Source of the DNA: Terracidiphilus sp.
Lineage (GTDB): Bacteria; Acidobacteriota; Terriglobia; Terriglobales; Acidobacteriaceae
Direction of reading: 5' to 3'
Length of the DNA: 64,000 nucleotides
Assembly (NCBI GenBank): GCA_035263625.1
Contig: DATFRB010000033.1
Location: 53,539-117,538 of the forward strand
Each line of letters starts with the position of its first letter. Positions within the stretch are counted from its first letter, which is position 1. This document shows positions 36,655-46,051 of this stretch, piece after piece. The notes beneath the pieces were generated by a model that was not told the origin of the DNA, ran no database searches, and was given only the letters and a program-made list of their open reading frames with translations. Both the position numbers and the translations under genes were made by a program.

Positions 36655-39600
36655 TTAGACGGGTTGGACGGAGCCTTTACCTACTAACTCTTCCACGCGC
36701 TCGATCCAGCCTTTGTCGGCTGCCACAGACATCTGCTCGGGCTCGAGGATTACGGCGTATGCGCCCTTCTTTTCCAAGTGCAGCATGACTTTGCCAGGGC
36801 CGGGGGCTGCTTCTGCGGCGGAGCGGAGGCCGGTGAACATTTCTTCGGTGGCTCGCTCCAAGTTGATGCGGATGCGCACGCCGGAGGGGAGCTTGACCTG
36901 CACGTCGTCGAGGGCCTGGATGGAGTTGATGGAAAGCTTGGGAGCGGAGTCTTCTTCACCCATCAACGTGCCGCGGATGAGGACGGGCGCCTGGATCTTG
37001 AGCTGCTCCGCGAGGCGCTCGTATTCGCGCGCGAAGCAGATCACTTCCATTTTGCCGGTAGCGTCTTCAATGAAGCCCTGCGCGTAGAGCTTGCCTTCGC
37101 GCTTGCTTTTGCGCGCGGCGCCGGTGCCGTGGAGCATGCCCGCGACCTGGAGCTCGTCGGCGGGATCGGACTGGCGGCCCCAGGTGCGCTCGGGGGGCTT
37201 GCGCTCGAGGGCTTCGGAGATGGGGATAACGCCCGGAAGGTTGCGGAGCTTTTCGGCGTACTTGTCGAGCGGGTGGCCGGAGACGAAGAAGCCGAGGACT
37301 TCTTTCTCGTTGGCGAGTCGCTCGCTCTCCTCCCAATCTGCCGCGTGAGGCAGATCGTCGCTTCGGCGGCCGGGCGCGGGGGTTTCGTCGAAGAGGCCGA
37401 AGAGGCCGGTCTGGCCCTGGGCGGCGTCTTTCTGCGACTTCTGAGCCCGCTCCATCGCCTTGTCGACGGCAGCGAAGAGCTGGCCGCGTTTGCCGAGAGA
37501 GTCGAGCGCGCCGGCCTTGATCAACGACTCGATGACGCGCTTGTTCATCAGGCGCAGATCAACTTTCTCGCAGAACTGCCAGAAGCTGGCAAAGCGACCG
37601 CCGAGCTCGGTGCGCGCAGCGATGATGGATTCGATGGCGTTGCCGCCGACATTCTTTACTGCGGCGAGGCCGAAGCGGATGGCTTTGCCCTCCGGCGTGT
37701 CGTACGGCGTAAACTGCGCGCCGGAGATCTGCACGTCGGGAGGGAGGACCTGTATGTTCAGCTCCTTGCATTCGCCGATGTATTTCACGACATTTTCGGG
37801 CTTTGAGGTTTCAGCCGTGAGCAGGGCGGCCATGAACTCGACGGGATAGTGAGTCTTGAGATAGGCGGTCTGGTAGGCTACCCAGGCATAAGCGGCGGAG
37901 TGCGATTTATTGAAGCCGTAGCCGGAGAACTTCGCCATCTGCTCGAAGATCTCTTCGACGGGCGCCTTGGCGTAGCCCTGCGCCGCGGCGCCGCTGGTGA
38001 AGCGCTCGCGCTGCTTCGCCATGGCGGCGGGATCTTTCTTTCCCATGGCGCGGCGGAGCAGGTCGGCCTCGCCGAGCGAGTAACTGGCGAGCACGTTGGC
38101 GATGCGCATGACCTGTTCCTGGTAGACGATGACGCCGAGCGAGTCCCTGAGGATCTCCTCGAGCGGCGGGAGCAGGTATTCCACTTTTTTGCGCTTCCAC
38201 TTGCGCTCGATGAAGTCGTCGATCATGTCCATGGGGCCGGGGCGGAAGAGCGCGTTCAACTGCGTCAGTTCTTCGACGGTGTCGGGCTTGTAGCGGCGGA
38301 GAATGTCGCGCATGCCGCCGGACTCAAACTGGAAGACGCCCGAAGTGAGCGCGGTGTGAAACACCCGCTTGAATGTCTCCGGATCATCCATGGGAATCAT
38401 TTCGATGTCGAGCTTTTCGCCGCGGGTCTGTTCGATGAGCTTGACCGCGTTGTCGATGACGGTGAGCGTGGCCAGGCCGAGGAAGTCCATCTTCAGCAGG
38501 CCCATTTTTTCGACAGCCTTCATGTCGTAAGCGGTGACGATTTCGTCGTTCTTGGTGCGGTTGAGGGGAACGAGCTCCGTGAGCGGGCGGGGCGCGATGA
38601 CCACAGCGGATGCGTGGACGCCGGCGCCGCGGGAGAGGCCTTCAAGTTTTTTCGCGGTGTCGATCAGTTCCCGGATCTGCTTGTCGCTCTCATACACCTT
38701 GGCCAGCTCGGGCGACTCTTCGAGCGCCTTGTCCAGAGTCATGCCCACGGTGGCGGGGACGAGCTTGGCGATGCGGGCCACGTCGGTGAAGGGCATGTCC
38801 ATGGCGCGGCCGCAGTCCTTGATGGAGGCCTTGGCGGCCATGGTGTTGAAGGTGATGATCTGGGCGACCTGCTCGCGGCCGTACTTGCGGGTGACGTAGT
38901 CGATGACTTCGCCGCGGCGGTTCATGCAGAAGTCGACGTCGACGTCGGGCATGGTGACGCGTTCGGGATTGAGGAAGCGCTCGAAGAGGAGCACGTTCTG
39001 CATGGGATCGATGTTGGTGATCTCCATTGCGTAGGCGACGAGCGACCCGGTGGCGGAACCGCGGCCGGGGCCGACTGGGATGCCGTGATCGCGAGCGTAC
39101 TTGATGAAGTCCCAGACGATGAGGAAGTAGCCGGAGTACTTCATCTGCTTGATGATGCCTATCTCGTATGAGAGGCGCGATTCGTATTCCTCGGGCGTGG
39201 ACCGGCGCACGCCGCGCAACTCGAGCTGACGGACGGATGTGTCGAGGCGCTTCTTGAGGCCCTCGCGGCAGACTTCTTCGAAGTAGCTGTCGATGGTGTG
39301 TCCTGCGGGGACGGCGAACTCGGGGAAGGGATTGTCGACGGGGTTGAGCTTGAAGTAGCAGCGCTCGGCGATCTCCATGGTGCGGGAGAGGAGGGCGGGC
39401 GAGTCGGGGAAGAGGCGCGCCATTTCGTCGGCGCTCTTGACGTAGAACTGATCGGAGTCGAACTTGAAGCGGTCAGCGTCGTGGATCTTGGCACCGGTCT
39501 GGACGCAGAGCATGACGTCGTGCGCGTGGGAGTCTTCGCCGCAGAGGTAGTGGGAGTCGTTGGTGGCGATGAGCGGGATTTCGAGCTCGCGCTCGAGGCG

Positions 39601-40176
39601 GAAGAGGTCGTTCTGGATCTTGCGCTCTTCGGCGAGGCCCTGGTCCTGGATTTCGAGGAAGAAGTTGTTGCGGCCGAAGATGTCCTGGTACTCGAGGGCG
39701 ACGGCTTTGGCGCGGTCGTAGTTGCCGGCGACGAGTTCTTCGCAGAGCTCGCCGGAGAGGCAGCCGGAGGTTCCGATCAAGCCCTTGGCGTGTTCGGCGA
39801 GAAAGCGCTTGGAGACGCGGGGCTTGCGGTAGAAGCCGTGGAGAGAGGCCTCGGAAGTGATGCGGATCAGGTTGCGGTAGCCTTCTTCGTTTTCGGCGAG
39901 GACGAGGAGATGGTTGTACTCGTTCTTAGTGTCGACCGGGGTGCCGCAGTGGTCCTCGGATTTGGAGACGTAGAGCTCGCAGCCGAGGATGGGTCGGATG
40001 CCTTTTTCCTTGGCGGCGTTGAAGAAGTGGACGGCGCCGTAGATGTTGCCGTGGTCGGTCATGGCGACGGACTTCTGGCCGAGGGAGGCGACGCGGTCGA
40101 CGAGTTTGTGGAGGTCGCATGCGCCGTCGAGGAGGGAGTATTCGGTGTGGAGATGGAGGTGGGTGAATTCGGGCAT
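36655..40176 (-). CDS. dnaE: DNA polymerase III alpha subunit
   Basis: PHP domain HLHLHTEYSLLDG, GPGRGSATGS, PDVDVDF, GLLKMDFLGL, FNKSHSAAY and a C-terminal OB fold. No intein seen. Confidence 0.98.
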   Translation of the reverse strand: MPEFTHLHLHTEYSLLDGACDLHKLVDRVASLGQKSVAMTDHGNIYGAVHFFNAAKEKGIRPILGCELYVSKSEDHCGTPVDTKNEYNHLLVLAENEEGYRNLIRITSEASLHGFYRKPRVSKRFLAEHAKGLIGTSGCLSGELCEELVAGNYDRAKAVALEYQDIFGRNNFFLEIQDQGLAEERKIQNDLFRLERELEIPLIATNDSHYLCGEDSHAHDVMLCVQTGAKIHDADRFKFDSDQFYVKSADEMARLFPDSPALLSRTMEIAERCYFKLNPVDNPFPEFAVPAGHTIDSYFEEVCREGLKKRLDTSVRQLELRGVRRSTPEEYESRLSYEIGIIKQMKYSGYFLIVWDFIKYARDHGIPVGPGRGSATGSLVAYAMEITNIDPMQNVLLFERFLNPERVTMPDVDVDFCMNRRGEVIDYVTRKYGREQVAQIITFNTMAAKASIKDCGRAMDMPFTDVARIAKLVPATVGMTLDKALEESPELAKVYESDKQIRELIDTAKKLEGLSRGAGVHASAVVIAPRPLTELVPLNRTKNDEIVTAYDMKAVEKMGLLKMDFLGLATLTVIDNAVKLIEQTRGEKLDIEMIPMDDPETFKRVFHTALTSGVFQFESGGMRDILRRYKPDTVEELTQLNALFRPGPMDMIDDFIERKWKRKKVEYLLPPLEEILRDSLGVIVYQEQVMRIANVLASYSLGEADLLRRAMGKKDPAAMAKQRERFTSGAAAQGYAKAPVEEIFEQMAKFSGYGFNKSHSAAYAWVAYQTAYLKTHYPVEFMAALLTAETSKPENVVKYIGECKELNIQVLPPDVQISGAQFTPYDTPEGKAIRFGLAAVKNVGGNAIESIIAARTELGGRFASFWQFCEKVDLRLMNKRVIESLIKAGALDSLGKRGQLFAAVDKAMERAQKSQKDAAQGQTGLFGLFDETPAPGRRSDDLPHAADWEESERLANEKEVLGFFVSGHPLDKYAEKLRNLPGVIPISEALERKPPERTWGRQSDPADELQVAGMLHGTGAARKSKREGKLYAQGFIEDATGKMEVICFAREYERLAEQLKIQAPVLIRGTLMGEEDSAPKLSINSIQALDDVQVKLPSGVRIRINLERATEEMFTGLRSAAEAAPGPGKVMLHLEKKGAYAVILEPEQMSVAADKGWIERVEELVGKGSVQPV

Positions 40177-40462
40177 GGTCTAGGTAAATTTTAGTCGCGG
40201 ATCGGGTGCGATGATCCGAAGGTTGGAACAGCGGGGAACGCATTTCTGAGGAAAACCAGGGAGAAATGGTTTTCTCGCGGGCAGGAATTTGCATCTGAAC
40301 GATGCACTGAGGCTGCAGGAGTTAGGGCGTCCTCTTCCCGGAAAATGAGATTTCTCGCATTACTCCGGATATGCCTGACGCTTTTCCGTGATTGCCTGGG
40401 GCGGGAATTTCGGGCATTGTGGGAGCAGGGCCAGGTTTCTTGTTGAGCGGGGTGCTGGGGAA

Positions 40463-41683
40463 TTGAAGACAAAGGGCTATCTATATACAGGTGTGGTGGT
40501 GGGTGTGCTGGCCGGGATGGCAGCGGCGGCGTATTCGCAGGAGACACCGGACGCGGCGGGCGAGGCGCAAAGAGTGCATCAGGCGCTGCCTGCGATGCTG
40601 ATGCCGGCGCAGACGCAGGGGCCGGCGGCTCCTGCAACACCGGCACAGGCACCGAAGCTGCCGGTGATCGCGATTCCGCAGACGGTTCCGGGGGGCGCAA
40701 CGGGCGCGAGCGCTCAGGCGACTGGGACTGTGCAGACAGCCGGTCCGGTAATGCAGGCGGCGGATGCGGCTAAGCGAGCGACGGCGGCGACGAGTGTGGA
40801 TGCACCAGCGATCGAGGTGCCTTCTTCGGCGTTGAGCGCTTCGGCGCGGACGTTGATGGAGTTCAAGGCGTCGGATGCGAAGTTCAAGGTCGATGACCTG
40901 ATGGATATTTTGCGCGACAAGCGGCACGAAGGGTGGGTGCTTGCCGCGTATCCGGACCCGAAGACTGCGCAGCCATTGATTGGGGCGGGGTTCAGCCTGG
41001 ATTTGCCTGAGCGCGAGCACGTGCAGCGGGACCCGTTGAATCCTCACCTGTTCCTGGAGCCCTCGTCGGCGGATCTGTGGCTGGCGGCGGGGCTGGATCC
41101 GGCGAAGCTGCAGCGGATTCTGGAGGAGTTTTACGCACGGCGGGACGAGTGGAGCAGGAGGACGTTCCGGCGGCAGATTTACAAGCTGGATCCGCAGATT
41201 ACTGACGATGAGGCGGATGCGCTGCTGCGGATCGGGATCGTGCAGTCGATTGACAACGCGAAGGCGTATTGCCGGAATTTTGACCGGCTGAGCGCGAGCC
41301 AGCAGATGGCGATGACGCAGCTTGTATACCAGATGGGCGTAAACCTCGAGGAGTTTTCGAGCTTTCTGACGCTGCTCAACCAGGACAACGGGAACGGGGC
41401 GGACACGGCGGCGCTTGCCAACGCGGACGCGGAGTACTGGCGGAACGTGCAGTTGAGCCTGGTGCACAGCCAGTGGGCGCGGCTCTACCGGGCGCGGGCC
41501 ACGGCGGTGATTGCAATGCTGGATCCGCAGTACGGGGACGACCCGGCGGGGGCGGAGCATTCGATCGGGGTGATCCTGCATCCCGCGCGGAGGCATGCGA
41601 GCCATGCGACGGTGCGGACGGCGGGATACACGCGGCACCGGGCTGCCGCTAAGAAGCGGGCAGCGCGGGCACGGAAGGAATAA
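40463..41683 (+). CDS. Secreted T4-lysozyme-fold (GH24-like) protein with an Ala/Pro/Gln-rich linker
   Basis: [43 protein letters not shown] and [15 protein letters not shown] align by eye to T4 lysozyme landmarks. TTG start with a signal peptide. Confidence 0.75.
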   Translation: [406 protein letters not shown]

Positions 41684-41787
41684 GCTCCCTGCATCTCTCC
41701 AGTTGAATGATGTTTGTGACGCCTACGGCCCAGTGCGTCGGCCACGTTCGCGGATAACGCCGCGACCTGTTCTATACTTGGCGCGCG

Positions 41788-43041
41788 ATGAAAGCTCATA
41801 AGTTCACTTCTTTTTTCTCTCTCTGCTTCCCTGCCCTTCTCGTTCTTCTGTTGGCGGCAGTTTCCATTCAAATTCAGGCGCTGGCCCAGGCGCAGCGCGG
41901 GTTTGTGCATGCGCGCGGGGCGGTCCTGGTGGACGGCCAGGGGAAGCCGCTGATGCTGCGCGGAATCAACCTGGGAAACTGGTTTGAGCCCGAAGGCTAC
42001 ATGTTTCACTTCGACGGCGGCCCGCAGTCGCCGCGGGAGATCGAGGACCTGACAACGGAGCTGATCGGGCCGGAGAAGGCTGCGGCGTTCTGGAAGCAGT
42101 GGCGGGAGACGTACATCACCGAGGCCGACATCGACCGGCTGAAGGCGATGGGGTTCAACTCGGTTCGGGTGCCGATCCACTGGAAGTTCTTTGACGGCGA
42201 TGACGCCGAAGGGTTCCGGCTGATGGACCGGCTGGTGGCGTGGGCGCGGAAGGATGGAATCTACGTCATTATCGACCTACACTGCGCTCCGGGCGGACAG
42301 ACGGGCACGAACATCGACGACAGCTACGGATATCCGTGGCTGTATTCGGACGTGAATGAGCAGACCCGAACCTACAATGTGTGGTGGCGGATTGCGAATC
42401 ACTATGAAAACGAGCCGATAGTGCTGGGGTACGACCTGCTGAACGAGCCGATTCCGCACTTCCCGCAACTGCAGCGGTACAACAAGGACCTGGAGCCGTT
42501 GTACCGGCGAATCGGCGCGGCGATTCGCGATGCGGATCGCAATCACGTGCTGATCCTGGGCGGCGCGCAGTGGGATTCGAACTTCAAGGTATTCGGCCCG
42601 CCGTTCGATAAGAACACGATGTACACGTTCCACAAATACTGGACGGCGACGGACGCGAGCGTGATCCAGGAGTATCTGGACTACCGCGACAAGTATCATG
42701 CGCCGATCTGGCTGGGCGAGTCGGGCGAGAACAAGGACGAGTGGATTGCGGCATTTGTAAAGACGCTCGAGGACAACCACGTGGGCTGGTGCTTCTGGCC
42801 GTACAAAAAGATGGATGCTACTTCGAGCGTGGTAACTTTTGACCGGCCGGAGCACTGGGATCAGGTGGTGAAGCTGGCGGCGATGGCGCCGGGCACGGGG
42901 AACGCAGAGAAGAGGATCGCGGCGCGGCCGTCGCCCGAAGAGGCGCAGGCGATCTTCGACGATTTGCTGAAGAAGGCGCAGTTCGGGAGCGAGCGGGTGA
43001 ATGAGGGGTATGTGAAGGCGCTGGGGATGAAGGCGAAGTAA
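41788..43041 (+). CDS. GH5 family glycoside hydrolase, exported
   Basis: Motifs RGINLGNW, GFNSVRVP, IIDLH, YDLLNEP (acid/base), YTFHKY, WLGESGE (nucleophile) and GWCFWPYK. Confidence 0.92.
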   Translation: MKAHKFTSFFSLCFPALLVLLLAAVSIQIQALAQAQRGFVHARGAVLVDGQGKPLMLRGINLGNWFEPEGYMFHFDGGPQSPREIEDLTTELIGPEKAAAFWKQWRETYITEADIDRLKAMGFNSVRVPIHWKFFDGDDAEGFRLMDRLVAWARKDGIYVIIDLHCAPGGQTGTNIDDSYGYPWLYSDVNEQTRTYNVWWRIANHYENEPIVLGYDLLNEPIPHFPQLQRYNKDLEPLYRRIGAAIRDADRNHVLILGGAQWDSNFKVFGPPFDKNTMYTFHKYWTATDASVIQEYLDYRDKYHAPIWLGESGENKDEWIAAFVKTLEDNHVGWCFWPYKKMDATSSVVTFDRPEHWDQVVKLAAMAPGTGNAEKRIAARPSPEEAQAIFDDLLKKAQFGSERVNEGYVKALGMKAK

Positions 43042-43213
43042 TCGGTCACTCCACCCGCGTTCATGAATGGGGATCCAGACAGATCATCTTTAATTGACAG
43101 TCCTTGACTGACGGTTGAGGGTGTGGGAAGCTTTTGTCCTCACCTGTCCCGCGGCAACAGGGCCGACCCAGGTTCCATTGGGCTCAAGCCAATATCCCCC
43201 GAGGCGAAATCCG

Positions 43214-44257
43214 ATGGACGATCTTGCATGGGCCGTCGTGCCTCCGTTCGATCCACCTGAAGTTGAAGCGTGGGTTGCAAATTCGATCTCCCAGGCGATG
43301 CTTCTGGAGCCTCACCGCCGCGCCTACCTGTGGGCGAACTGGCTGCTGAAGAAGGCGTCGGCGGATCAACTTTCGGTAGTGAATTTAGCCGTACACGACG
43401 CCTTCAAGGGGTCGTACGAAATCAGTGACATTACGGCGGGTTTCATTCCGGTGGCGCCGCAATCGAAGCAGGACTCCTACCTTGCCTTGATGACGCGCCA
43501 GGAGCGCCGGACTCACTACACGGATACGAGTGGGCTCTTCTGGACGTTCGGGCTAGTGGTTGGGGTACAGGAGAGTCCTCCGGGGCAGCTACTGACTCCA
43601 ACGCCCGGAATCAGCCAATTGCGGGACTATGACGGATTCCCGGTGATGTGCGAGCAACGGGTCGATGCCGATCCTCATGAGAAGGCCACGGTCTTCCACG
43701 CGCCGCCGCATGTGACTGGAGCGACTTCGACATGCTTCGTGCGGCCGGCCGCAGGGAAACGCTATTACAGCAGGCAGTGGTCGGAGGGGGTTCTTATTGC
43801 CCGCCATGTGCTGCGCAACCAGGCCTACGCCGGCGCGCAGGTGTCTTTGGAGCCGAACGGGACGCGGCAGGTTGTGGACATCGACGAGAGTGCGACGACG
43901 ATCGACGCGGCGATCCTCGACGCAGGGATTGGCTCGATAGCGGCGGGGACGCGCCAGGTCGGCGTGCATCCAGCGATCGCGCCGGGAATTGACGTGAACG
44001 TTTCGGGCGCGCGAACGCAATTCTCCGCGAAGGTCCTGCGCGTGATGGACGATCCATTTTGCGGGAATATGTTGGCGCACCGGGGAGTTCTGGACGGTCA
44101 CGGCATTGCAGGCGACAGCGGTGCGCTAGTGACCGAGCAACTCACCGGCCAGGCCGTCGGCCTGTACATCGGCATGATCCCGGGCACGCCTGCTTTGGGA
44201 TTGGTTCAACTGATGCGGCAGGTGACAACCTATTTTGAGGTTGAACTCTATCAATGA
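43214..44257 (+). CDS. Cytoplasmic trypsin-fold serine protease with an uncharacterised N-terminal domain
   Basis: Catalytic triad motifs LIARH, IDAAIL and GDSG in the correct order. No signal peptide. Start set at the ATG at 43214. Confidence 0.75.
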   Translation: MDDLAWAVVPPFDPPEVEAWVANSISQAMLLEPHRRAYLWANWLLKKASADQLSVVNLAVHDAFKGSYEISDITAGFIPVAPQSKQDSYLALMTRQERRTHYTDTSGLFWTFGLVVGVQESPPGQLLTPTPGISQLRDYDGFPVMCEQRVDADPHEKATVFHAPPHVTGATSTCFVRPAAGKRYYSRQWSEGVLIARHVLRNQAYAGAQVSLEPNGTRQVVDIDESATTIDAAILDAGIGSIAAGTRQVGVHPAIAPGIDVNVSGARTQFSAKVLRVMDDPFCGNMLAHRGVLDGHGIAGDSGALVTEQLTGQAVGLYIGMIPGTPALGLVQLMRQVTTYFEVELYQ

Positions 44258-44269
44258 AGGAGGGACGCC

Positions 44270-44623
44270 TTGAACGGTTCTGACAAGTTGAAGATCATTG
44301 TGCCGGTGCGCCGCGCGGAGGTTCAGGCACCCATTCAGCGGGACCGGCAAGGCGGGGAACAACACAGCGCCGAGATCATCTCGCTGAACCTGAGCAGGTA
44401 CGAAGCGACCCCGGTCGAGACGGCATCGTTCCTCGACAAGCTGATGGGGCCGATCGACAAGGCGATGCGCGCGATCGAGCGATCGTTCAAGGATTTCAGC
44501 CTGCACGAGATTAAGATCTCGCTTGCCGTTACCGCCGAAGGGGACATCGGGATCGCCAGCGCCGGCGTTGAATCATCGATTGAAGTGACCTTTCAGCGAA
44601 GGGAGCCGGTTGTACCGGCTTAG
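44270..44623 (+). CDS. Small Pepco/Trypco-like (peptidase co-occurring) protein
   Basis: AGGAGG RBS and TTG start. The C-terminal pattern FSLHEIKISLAVTAEGDIGIASAGVESSIEVTFQR resembles the Pepco/Trypco1 beta hairpin as recalled. Confidence 0.65.
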   Translation: MNGSDKLKIIVPVRRAEVQAPIQRDRQGGEQHSAEIISLNLSRYEATPVETASFLDKLMGPIDKAMRAIERSFKDFSLHEIKISLAVTAEGDIGIASAGVESSIEVTFQRREPVVPA

Positions 44624-44671
44624 CCATCGGCGAAGGCGCCTGCAACGGCGGTCTATACTCGTTGCAAGCCT

Positions 44672-46003
44672 ATGAGAGCCCGACTCCTGATTTCCACGCT
44701 GCTCGTTTGCCTTCCCGCGCTTGTTGGCGCACAGACTCCTGAACAGAAATCCACGGACAATTCCTCACAGACGATGAAGCAGAAACTTTCTCCGCAGGCG
44801 GTGCACGATTCCGCCATTGTGATCGACACGCATGCTGATACTACGCAGCGGTTTGTCGATGAGAACTTTGACATGAGCGACCCGCTGAAGGGCGGGAATT
44901 TGAATTTGGAGTCCGCGAAGAAGGGAAACCTGGGCGCGGAGTTCTTTTCGATCTGGGTGGAGCCGAATTTGTACAAGGGGCACTACGCGAAGCGGACGCT
45001 GGTGCTGATTGACGCGGTGAGGCAGCAGGTGGCGAGGCATCCGGGGCAGATGATGCTGGCGGTGAGCCCGGAGGACATCGAGAAGGCGCACCGCGAGCAC
45101 AAGCTGGCGGCGCTGATGGGGATCGAGGGCGGGCACTCGATCGAGGATTCGCTGGCGCTGCTGAGGGATTATTACGCGCTGGGCGTTCGGTACATGACGC
45201 TGACGTGGTCGAACTCGAACGGGTGGGCGGACAGCTCGGGCGACGACAAGGACGAATCGGTGCCGCACACGAAGGACGGGCTGAGCGAGTTCGGCAAGGA
45301 CGTGGTGTACGAGATGAACCGGCTGGGGATGATGGTGGACATCTCGCACGTCTCGGACAAGACGTTCTTCTACACGACGCGCATCACGCGAGCACCCCTG
45401 ATCGCGTCGCACTCGTCGGCGCGGGCGCTCGACGATGCACCGCGCAACATGACGGACAACATGCTGCTGGCTGTGGCGCGGTCTGGCGGGCCGGATTCGA
45501 AGGGCGGCGTGGTGCAGGTGAATTACTACTCGGCGTTTATCTCGCCGGCGTACCGCGATGCGCAGAGGGCACAGAAGGCCGAAGTGGACAAGGCCGTTCA
45601 GGCGCTGAAGGACAAGGCCAAGGCCGAAGGGCACGAGGTGAACTACGAGGAGATTTCGAAGGTGCAACGCCAGTATGCGGATCGGATTCCGCGGCCGCCG
45701 CTGTCGATGCTGATCGACCACATCGACCACATCGCGAAGGTTGCGGGCGTGGATCATGTCGGGCTGGGGTCGGACTTCGATGGCGTGGACGGGCAGACGC
45801 CGGAGGGAATGGACTCGGCTGCGGATTTGCCGAAGATTACGGCGGCGCTGATGGCGCGGGGCTACTCGGCGGAAGATTGCCGGAAGATCCTGGGCGGGAA
45901 TTTGCTGCGGGTGTTCCGCGAGGTGCAGGAAGTGAGCAAGCAGTTGCAGTCGGAGGAACGGCCTCGGATTACGGAGAAGCAGCCGTTTGATAAGCCGCAG
46001 TAG
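44672..46003 (+). CDS. M19 membrane dipeptidase, exported
   Basis: Motifs VIDTHADT, MGIEGGH, RYMTLTW, MMVDISH, IASHS, HIDHI and VGLGSDFDG. Confidence 0.93.
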   Translation: MRARLLISTLLVCLPALVGAQTPEQKSTDNSSQTMKQKLSPQAVHDSAIVIDTHADTTQRFVDENFDMSDPLKGGNLNLESAKKGNLGAEFFSIWVEPNLYKGHYAKRTLVLIDAVRQQVARHPGQMMLAVSPEDIEKAHREHKLAALMGIEGGHSIEDSLALLRDYYALGVRYMTLTWSNSNGWADSSGDDKDESVPHTKDGLSEFGKDVVYEMNRLGMMVDISHVSDKTFFYTTRITRAPLIASHSSARALDDAPRNMTDNMLLAVARSGGPDSKGGVVQVNYYSAFISPAYRDAQRAQKAEVDKAVQALKDKAKAEGHEVNYEEISKVQRQYADRIPRPPLSMLIDHIDHIAKVAGVDHVGLGSDFDGVDGQTPEGMDSAADLPKITAALMARGYSAEDCRKILGGNLLRVFREVQEVSKQLQSEERPRITEKQPFDKPQ

Positions 46004-46005
46004 CA

Positions 46006-46050
46006 GGGGCAAAGGGACATTGGGACACAGGGACATAGGGACAAAGGGAG
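46006..46050 (+). repeat. Five tandem 8-bp units (a.agggac) giving six G-tracts
   Basis: gggg-c-aaagggac-attgggac-acagggac-atagggac-aaagggag. Confidence 0.85.
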
Positions 46051-46051
46051 A

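Noticed and set aside
36655-40176. Intein or error-prone DnaE2 in dnaE
   Set aside because: The length (1173 aa) and motifs fit a normal replicative DnaE1. There is no intein signature and no imuA/imuB neighbours.
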